A stretch of 63,061 nucleotides of DNA, from contig CALXQP010000009.1 in assembly GCA_944390695.1 (NCBI GenBank), positions 1-63,061 on the forward strand. Reading direction: 5' to 3'. The translations under genes and the position numbers were made by a program. Positions 57,784-63,061 of this stretch are shown in pieces (the first letter of the stretch is position 1; every line of letters starts with the position of its first letter). Below the pieces are notes generated by a model. That model searched no databases. It saw only the letters and a list, made by a program, of their open reading frames with translations, and was not told where the DNA came from. The DNA comes from an uncultured Clostridia bacterium. GTDB lineage: Bacteria; Bacillota; Clostridia; TANB77; CAG-508.

Positions 57784-58338
57784 ATGTATGATAATTGGGA
57801 AGAATTAGAAAAAGAAAGTAGTCAATGTAGAAAATGTAAATTATGCAAAACAAGAAATAATGTAGTATTTGGAACAGGAAATAAAAATGCAGATTTAATG
57901 TTTATAGGAGAAGGACCTGGGGCTGATGAAGATATACAAGGAATTCCTTTTGTTGGAAAAGCAGGTAAATTAATGAATATGGCATTTGAGGCAATAGGAT
58001 TAAATAGAGAAAATGTGTATATTGCAAATGTTGTAAAATGTAGGCCACCATCTAATAGAAATCCAGAAGAAGATGAAGCTATGGCTTGTTTAGATTATTT
58101 AAGAAATCAAGTTATTTTAGTAAAACCAAAAGTTATTGTTTTACTTGGTAGTATAGCTTTAAAAAATATATTAGGTAAAGAATATGGAATTACAACAAGT
58201 AGAGGAAAATGGGTAGAAAAAAGAGGAATTTTATATATGCCAACTTGGCACCCTGCTGCACTTTTAAGAGATGAGACTAAGAAAATTGATTTTATAAAAG
58301 ATTTAAAATTAGTAATGGAAAAAATGAAAAATATCTAA
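57784..58338 (+). CDS. Uracil-DNA glycosylase, family 4
   Basis: Has C-x2-C-x..C at the N-terminus (CRKCKLC), GEGPGADED and HPAALLR motifs. Confidence 0.85.
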   Translation: MYDNWEELEKESSQCRKCKLCKTRNNVVFGTGNKNADLMFIGEGPGADEDIQGIPFVGKAGKLMNMAFEAIGLNRENVYIANVVKCRPPSNRNPEEDEAMACLDYLRNQVILVKPKVIVLLGSIALKNILGKEYGITTSRGKWVEKRGILYMPTWHPAALLRDETKKIDFIKDLKLVMEKMKNI

Positions 58339-58436
58339 TAATTTTATATAAATGATTTAATGGTCTAACTGGTCGGAATAATTGACTAAATAGAGAAAAA
58401 CATATAAAATGAAGAAAAATATTATTGGAGAGGAAA

Positions 58437-59699
58437 ATGGAAAACATAAAAGAAATAGAAGAAAAATCAAAATATTGTTTAAATTGCCCAGTAAAACCAT
58501 GTTCGAATAAAGGATGTCCATTAGGAAATAATATACCAGCATTTATAAAAGCTGTAAAAGAAAAAGATTATAAAAAAGCATATGAAATATTATCAGAAAC
58601 TACAGTATTAGAAGCAGTTTGTGGAAGAATATGTCCACATACAAAACAATGCGAAGGTTCATGTGTAAGAGGAATAAAATCAAGTCCAGTAAGTATAGGT
58701 GAACTTGAAGCATTTATAGGAGATATAGCTATAAAAGAAAATTATAAAATAGCAGAAAAAAATACTAAAAATCAAGACAAAAAAATAGCTATAATTGGTG
58801 GAGGACCTGCAGGTCTTACTGCAAGTGCTTTTTTATTGAAAAAAGGATATTCAGTTACAATATATGAAAAATATGATTATTTAGGTGGATTATTAATACA
58901 TGGAATACCAGAATTCAGATTACCAAAGGAAATTGTAAAACAAACAATACAAAAAATCATAGATTTAGGTTTAAATGTAAATTATAATAAAGAACTTGGC
59001 AAAAATTTATTTTTAGATGAATTAGAGAAAGAATATGATGCAATTTTTCTAGCATTTGGAGCTAATATTACTACTAAAATGGGAATTGATGGAGAAGATT
59101 TAGAAGGTGTATATGGAGGAAACCAATTATTAGAACATCAAAATCATCCAGACTATACAAATAAAAAAGTTGCAATAATAGGTGGAGGAAATGTTGCAAT
59201 GGATTGTGCTAGAACTATTAAAAGATTAGGGGCACAAGAGGTAAGAGTAATTTATAGAAGAGCAGAAGAACAAATGCCAGCAGAAGTGAAAGAAATCCAG
59301 GAAGCTAAAACAGAAGGGATTCAATTTTTATTTCAAAATAATATTGTAAAAATAATTGGAAATAAAAAAGTTGAAAAACTAGAACTAATAAAAACAGAAC
59401 TTATGCAAAAAGAAGGAGAAACCAGAAAAGTTCCTGTAAATATACCAGATAGTAATTATATATTAGATATGGATTATGTTATTATGGCTTTAGGTTCAAT
59501 GCCAGAAGAATTTGTTAAATCATTAGGTATAGATTTAAATAGATGGGGTTATATACAAATAGATGATAAAAATAGAACTTCAAATCCTAAAATTTTTGCA
59601 GGAGGAGATATTGCAGGCTCAAAAGGAACTGTTGCATGGGCAGCTCGTTCTGGAAGAGATGCAGCAAATTCGATAGATGATTATTTAAATAAAAAATAA
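58437..59699 (+). CDS. NAD(P)H-dependent oxidoreductase, glutamate synthase small-subunit (GltD)-like
   Basis: Has N-terminal Fe-S cysteine clusters (CLNCPVKPC.., CGRICPH..CEGSC) and two Rossmann GxGxxG motifs (IIGGGPAGL, IIGGGNVAMD). Confidence 0.85.
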   Translation: MENIKEIEEKSKYCLNCPVKPCSNKGCPLGNNIPAFIKAVKEKDYKKAYEILSETTVLEAVCGRICPHTKQCEGSCVRGIKSSPVSIGELEAFIGDIAIKENYKIAEKNTKNQDKKIAIIGGGPAGLTASAFLLKKGYSVTIYEKYDYLGGLLIHGIPEFRLPKEIVKQTIQKIIDLGLNVNYNKELGKNLFLDELEKEYDAIFLAFGANITTKMGIDGEDLEGVYGGNQLLEHQNHPDYTNKKVAIIGGGNVAMDCARTIKRLGAQEVRVIYRRAEEQMPAEVKEIQEAKTEGIQFLFQNNIVKIIGNKKVEKLELIKTELMQKEGETRKVPVNIPDSNYILDMDYVIMALGSMPEEFVKSLGIDLNRWGYIQIDDKNRTSNPKIFAGGDIAGSKGTVAWAARSGRDAANSIDDYLNKK

Positions 59700-59756
59700 A
59701 AACTAAAATAGGAAGAAAATTTTCAAGTTTTCTTCCTATTAATATATTATAATTTC

Positions 59757-59826
59757 TTTAGTATGATATCTTTAGTATGTTATCTTAAGTATGATATCAT
59801 TAGTATAATATCTTTTGTATAAATAA
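59757..59826. repeat. Tandem 14-bp repeat, 4-5 units
   Basis: Units are TTTAGTATGATATC, TTTAGTATGTTATC, TTAAGTATGATATC, ATTAGTATAATATC and a degenerate TTTTGTATAAATAA. Confidence 0.75.
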
Positions 59827-59931
59827 ATTTTTAAAATTCTTTTGTAAAACCATCATTTGTAAAATCTTTTGTATATATAACTTGCAAAATATCATATGTA
59901 AAATTGTCATTTGTATTTTACAAATCATTTG

Positions 59932-61014
59932 TTAATTATGTATTTTATCTCCGGTAACGAAGTTTTTGATTGCTCTTAGCCAAGAAACAAATTTATTAGT
60001 TTTCTTGCGTTCAAGAGCAGTTTCGATGCCTCCATTTTCAAGCACGTTAGATTTATGTTCTAATTCAGACATCTTTTCTGTATAGTAATTATCAAAGAAA
60101 GTGTAATTTTCAGTATATCCAATTAACTTTCTATAATAATCTAGATTTCTTCTATAATTATCAAGTTCTTCAAGATTAGTAATTTTTCTAAAAGCTTTAT
60201 CAAAATAGTTTTTGAAAATAGAGTTTTGAGCTTTTTCGAAATATTCAGCAATTTTAGATTTGTAGTTATCAGTTTTTGAAACTATTTTATCAACTTTTTT
60301 ATTTCTTTCATCATAAGCTGAAGATTTATTTCCTAATCTAATAATATTTTCTTCTAGTTCAAGAATTTGATCAATATAATATTCTACATCATCATATGTT
60401 TTTTCAGAAGTAAGTTCAATAAACTTATTTTTGAATTTATCATTACTTGTAAAAGTACTGTCATATAAAACAGAGTCACCTGTTATAAATGCCATTTGTT
60501 CAATTAAATTACATTCTAATGGATAATATGATGGACTAATTGTACTAAAAGAAACACCAAAATATTTAACATAGTCTTTTTTTATTCCTATTAATTTAGA
60601 TGTAATATATTGAACTGCAGCTTCATTTAAACCCATACCTACAATTTTGAAATTGTCAAAATTACATAAGCCCATTCTAATAAGATTATTTTTTTTATCT
60701 TTGACCTCTTGAATATAATGTATACATTCATGGATTGCAAATTCTTCTAGATCCTCAAGAGCAATTTTTTCATTAAAATATATTGATGTATTTTTATAAA
60801 AGTAGTTTGCTTCCGCCATACCTTCAGGCATTACAGCTCTATACATATTTAGCCTAGAAAGTTTTGTAAATAAATCAGTTTCATTAAAACAAAGCTCAGG
60901 GAATGTATCACATAACTTTTTGGCAATATTATGAGCAATTCGGTTTATAGTCATTGTGTCAAGGATATCAACTACTCTAATTCCATCTTTTCGTAAATCA
61001 GATTCGATGCTCAT
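59932..61014 (-). CDS. Hypothetical protein with HExxH motif (zincin-like)
   Basis: Has AIHECIHYIQ and a downstream GLNEAAVQY (possible third ligand). Start was placed at MSIES after GGAGGA. Confidence 0.55.
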   Translation of the reverse strand: MSIESDLRKDGIRVVDILDTMTINRIAHNIAKKLCDTFPELCFNETDLFTKLSRLNMYRAVMPEGMAEANYFYKNTSIYFNEKIALEDLEEFAIHECIHYIQEVKDKKNNLIRMGLCNFDNFKIVGMGLNEAAVQYITSKLIGIKKDYVKYFGVSFSTISPSYYPLECNLIEQMAFITGDSVLYDSTFTSNDKFKNKFIELTSEKTYDDVEYYIDQILELEENIIRLGNKSSAYDERNKKVDKIVSKTDNYKSKIAEYFEKAQNSIFKNYFDKAFRKITNLEELDNYRRNLDYYRKLIGYTENYTFFDNYYTEKMSELEHKSNVLENGGIETALERKKTNKFVSWLRAIKNFVTGDKIHN

Positions 61015-61221
61015 TTGTTCCTCCATTTTTCTGCATATTGTATAAAAATTCGTCAAATATATTATACAATATTTTGTTATAAAAGTGTATTACAATAATA
61101 TTACATTTATGTTACAAAAATATTACAGAAAATAAAATGTTTGTATAGTTTAAAAATGAAATAAAATATGATATAATTTTGTAAGAAAATTAAGTGATAT
61201 TGAGGTTGAAAGGGATTAAAT

Positions 61222-61899
61222 ATGGATAAGGTTAGAGAAGAATTATTTAAGAAACAAGATTTGGAGTACAAAAAATTTCATAGTAGTTTATGTCCAAATG
61301 TAGATAATATAATAGGAGTAAGGATACCTGAATTAAGGAAAATGGCACAAAAGATTGCAAAGGAAAATTATGAACAATTTTTTAAAGATGTAAATAGTGA
61401 ATATTATGAAGAGATATTATTACAAGGTTTAGTTATAGGTTATGCAAAAATTTCGATTGAAGAAACTTTTAAATATTTAAAAAGTTTTATACCTAAAATT
61501 GATAATTGGGCAGTTTGTGATACAACATGTAGTAATTTAAAAATAACTAAAAAATACATGAAAGAAATGTGGGAATTTTTAGAACAATATATTAATTCAG
61601 ATAAAGAATATGAAATAAGATTTGCATTAGTAATGTATTTAGATTATTTTTTAAATGAAGAATATATTGATGACATATTGAAAAATATTGATAAAATAAA
61701 AAATAAAGAATATTATGTGCAAATGGCAATTGCTTGGCTAATTTCTGTAGCATATGTTAAGCAAAAGGAAAAAACAGAAAAATATTTATTAAAAAATAAT
61801 TTAGACAGGTTTAGTCAAAATAAATCTATTCAAAAAATATGCGAATCTTCTAGAGTAAGTGAAGATGATAAAAATAAGTTGAGAAAATATAAAAAATAG
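61222..61899 (+). CDS. DNA alkylation repair protein (AlkC/AlkD-like HEAT-repeat family)
   Basis: 225 aa. GVRIPELRKMAQ, DNWAVCD and the helical-repeat pattern are typical of the DNA_alkylation family. Confidence 0.75.
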   Translation: MDKVREELFKKQDLEYKKFHSSLCPNVDNIIGVRIPELRKMAQKIAKENYEQFFKDVNSEYYEEILLQGLVIGYAKISIEETFKYLKSFIPKIDNWAVCDTTCSNLKITKKYMKEMWEFLEQYINSDKEYEIRFALVMYLDYFLNEEYIDDILKNIDKIKNKEYYVQMAIAWLISVAYVKQKEKTEKYLLKNNLDRFSQNKSIQKICESSRVSEDDKNKLRKYKK

Positions 61900-61927
61900 T
61901 TCCAATATAGTACCGGAACTATTTTTT

Positions 61928-62068
61928 CATATAATAGGAAAATTATATTTTCCTATTATATGAAAGGCTACAACCACTAGCTCTTTGAGATTTTCTCCTT
62001 ATAGTCAAAAACTCAAATCGGGCTAGAACAAATTAAAGAAAAATTGAAAATTTTTCTTATTTGTTCTT
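61928..62068 (+). repeat. Family-D hairpin-rich intergenic repeat, most complete copy
   Basis: Contains hairpin CATATAATAGGAAA..TTTCCTATTATATG, then GCTACAACC..CTTTGAGATTTTCTCCTTATAGTCAAAAACTCAAATCGGGCT, then hairpin AGAACAAAT..ATTTGTTCT. Confidence 0.8.
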
Positions 62069-62073
62069 ATAAA

Positions 62074-62310
62074 TTAATCTTGTTCGACTTCTTTAAATAC
62101 ATCTTCTTGGAAAAAGTCTGTTAGAGTAATACCAAAACCTTCACAAATATGAAGTAATGTATCTAATTTGATTAATTCAGTTCTTTTGCTCATAAATGCT
62201 GCAAGTGTTGACATAGGTACACCAGAGGCTTTAAACAAGGCCCAAAGACTCATATTTTTTTGATTCTGATAATATCTAATTCTATCTCTAACTGCATCAG
62301 ATAAATACAT
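62074..62310 (-). CDS. XRE-family helix-turn-helix transcriptional regulator
   Basis: About 78 aa from ATG 62310, after AGGTGA. MSLWALFKASGVPMSTLAAFMS.. is an HTH_3-type motif. Confidence 0.75.
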   Translation of the reverse strand: MYLSDAVRDRIRYYQNQKNMSLWALFKASGVPMSTLAAFMSKRTELIKLDTLLHICEGFGITLTDFFQEDVFKEVEQD

Positions 62311-62484
62311 AAAATCACCTCGTTTTACTTGATATAAGAGAAGTATAGCAAGAATTTTTTTAAATATAGTATATCCAAATAGACTATACATATTCAAAAA
62401 GGAAAATTATGTAACTAATAGAAAATTGTAAATTAATTAATCATACAAAATAAAAATAAGCATATAGTTAAAAAGGTGATGTAA

Positions 62485-62679
62485 ATGTTTTTAGTGTTTA
62501 ATAAAGAAAAAATACAAACTTATATTGTGTCAATATTAACTGTGGCAATATTGGTTGGAATAGCAAGTATAAATTCTATAAATGTATTGCAAACTTCTGC
62601 AACTCAGAAATTACTACCAATTTATAGTGTAGAAACAGATCAAAAGAAAATTGCTTTTACAATGAATTGTGCATGGTAA
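62485..62679 (+). pseudogene. N-terminal fragment of a PdaB-type polysaccharide deacetylase gene
   Basis: A TM anchor is followed by KLLPIYSVETDQKKIAFTMNCAW*. This is the start of the NodB domain (..PIY.V.T..K.iAlTfD.aWG..) cut off by a stop, and repeat DNA follows. Confidence 0.55.
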
Positions 62680-62790
62680 CAATTACTTTTATGATAGAAA
62701 TTTAAAACAAGTTATTTTAGGATTTTTTTAATATTTAAAACAATGATATTGTTAAGATTTATATGAATTTTAAATATCATTGTTTTATTT

Positions 62791-62895
62791 TATATAATAG
62801 GAAAGTTAAACTTTCCTATTATATAAAAAGCTACAATCGCAGCCCTTTGAGATTTTCTCCTTATAGTCGAAAACTCAAATCGGGCAAGAACAAAT
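62791..62895 (+). repeat. Family-D repeat copy
   Basis: TATATAATAGGAAAGTTAAACTTTCCTATTATATAAAAAGCTACAATCGCAGCCCTTTGAGATTTTCTCCTTATAGTCGAAAACTCAAATCGGGCAAGAACAAAT. Confidence 0.8.
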
Positions 62896-63061
62896 CTTGA
62901 AATTTTATGATTGGCATTTTTTATGATGCATTTGAAAAAATATAAAAACTTAGAATTTAACGAGTTTGACAATTATTTTTTTATAAGTTATAATGCAAAT
63001 TGAAAATAAATTATGTAAAAGGTTGAAAAATAATTACAATTTTGGTTGTGCGCAGTGGCGA

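Noticed and set aside
62966-63061. TTGACA-17-TATAAT promoter (62966-62994) followed by ..GGTTGTGCGCAGTGGCGA at the window edge; a possible leader, riboswitch or RNA gene start.
   Set aside because: Only ~60 nt of transcript are inside the window, and I cannot match them to any RNA family by eye. There is not enough sequence to call.

Overview
A 63-kb chromosomal segment from a very AT-rich, endospore-forming Firmicute (Clostridia-like). All calls rest on motif recognition and hand translation or folding; no database searches were run. Most of the window is conserved housekeeping, envelope and sporulation genes. In order these are: the rplL 3' end, mtnN, a GT4 glycosyltransferase, a ylbF-like gene, secG-rnr, adhE, rsmI, an abrB-family regulator, spmA-spmB, a yycJ-like MBL hydrolase, murA, spoIIR, a UDP-sugar pyrophosphorylase plus phosphoglucomutase, ttcA, tRNA-Arg(CCU), tadA and SRP RNA-dnaX-ybaB-recR. 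Then come a glycolipid GT28 synthase, ypeB, an alpha/beta SASP missed by the ORF track, murF, an sbcD/sbcC-like (yhaO/yhaN-like) pair, prfA, pcrA, cotF-like genes, an M23 peptidase, mecA, radC-mreBCD-mrdA-minC, spoIIE, acpS, tatD, a family-4 UDG and a gltD-like oxidoreductase. Four things stand out. (1) An orphan, intact three-gene operon (31.0-34.1 kb) runs from a consensus promoter. It encodes two unassignable small proteins and a membrane-anchored VirD4/TraG-type coupling-protein ATPase, with no other conjugation or integration genes in the window. (2) The intergenic space holds several repeat families. One is a roughly 100-bp GC-rich composite repeat built from two copies of TTAATTTGGTGCCGGTTCTCTTTTT (5 units at 4 loci). 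It rewrites the spmB C-terminus, sits in a 3' UTR, and carries a Shine-Dalgarno-like end in front of two genes. Another is a set of long foldback palindromes (19.1, 28.2-28.6 and 43.6-43.9 kb). Two of these share a roughly 125-nt core whose arms show compensatory substitutions between copies. A third is a roughly 90-140-bp hairpin-rich repeat (4 copies). (3) Gene decay: a frameshifted cbpA/dnaJ-like gene, a PHP-domain gene remnant and a truncated pdaB-like deacetylase. (4) Coding oddities: an A17 homopolymer inside prfA, an SbcC/YhaN-like ATPase with a transmembrane hairpin at its coiled-coil apex, and minC without minD/minE.
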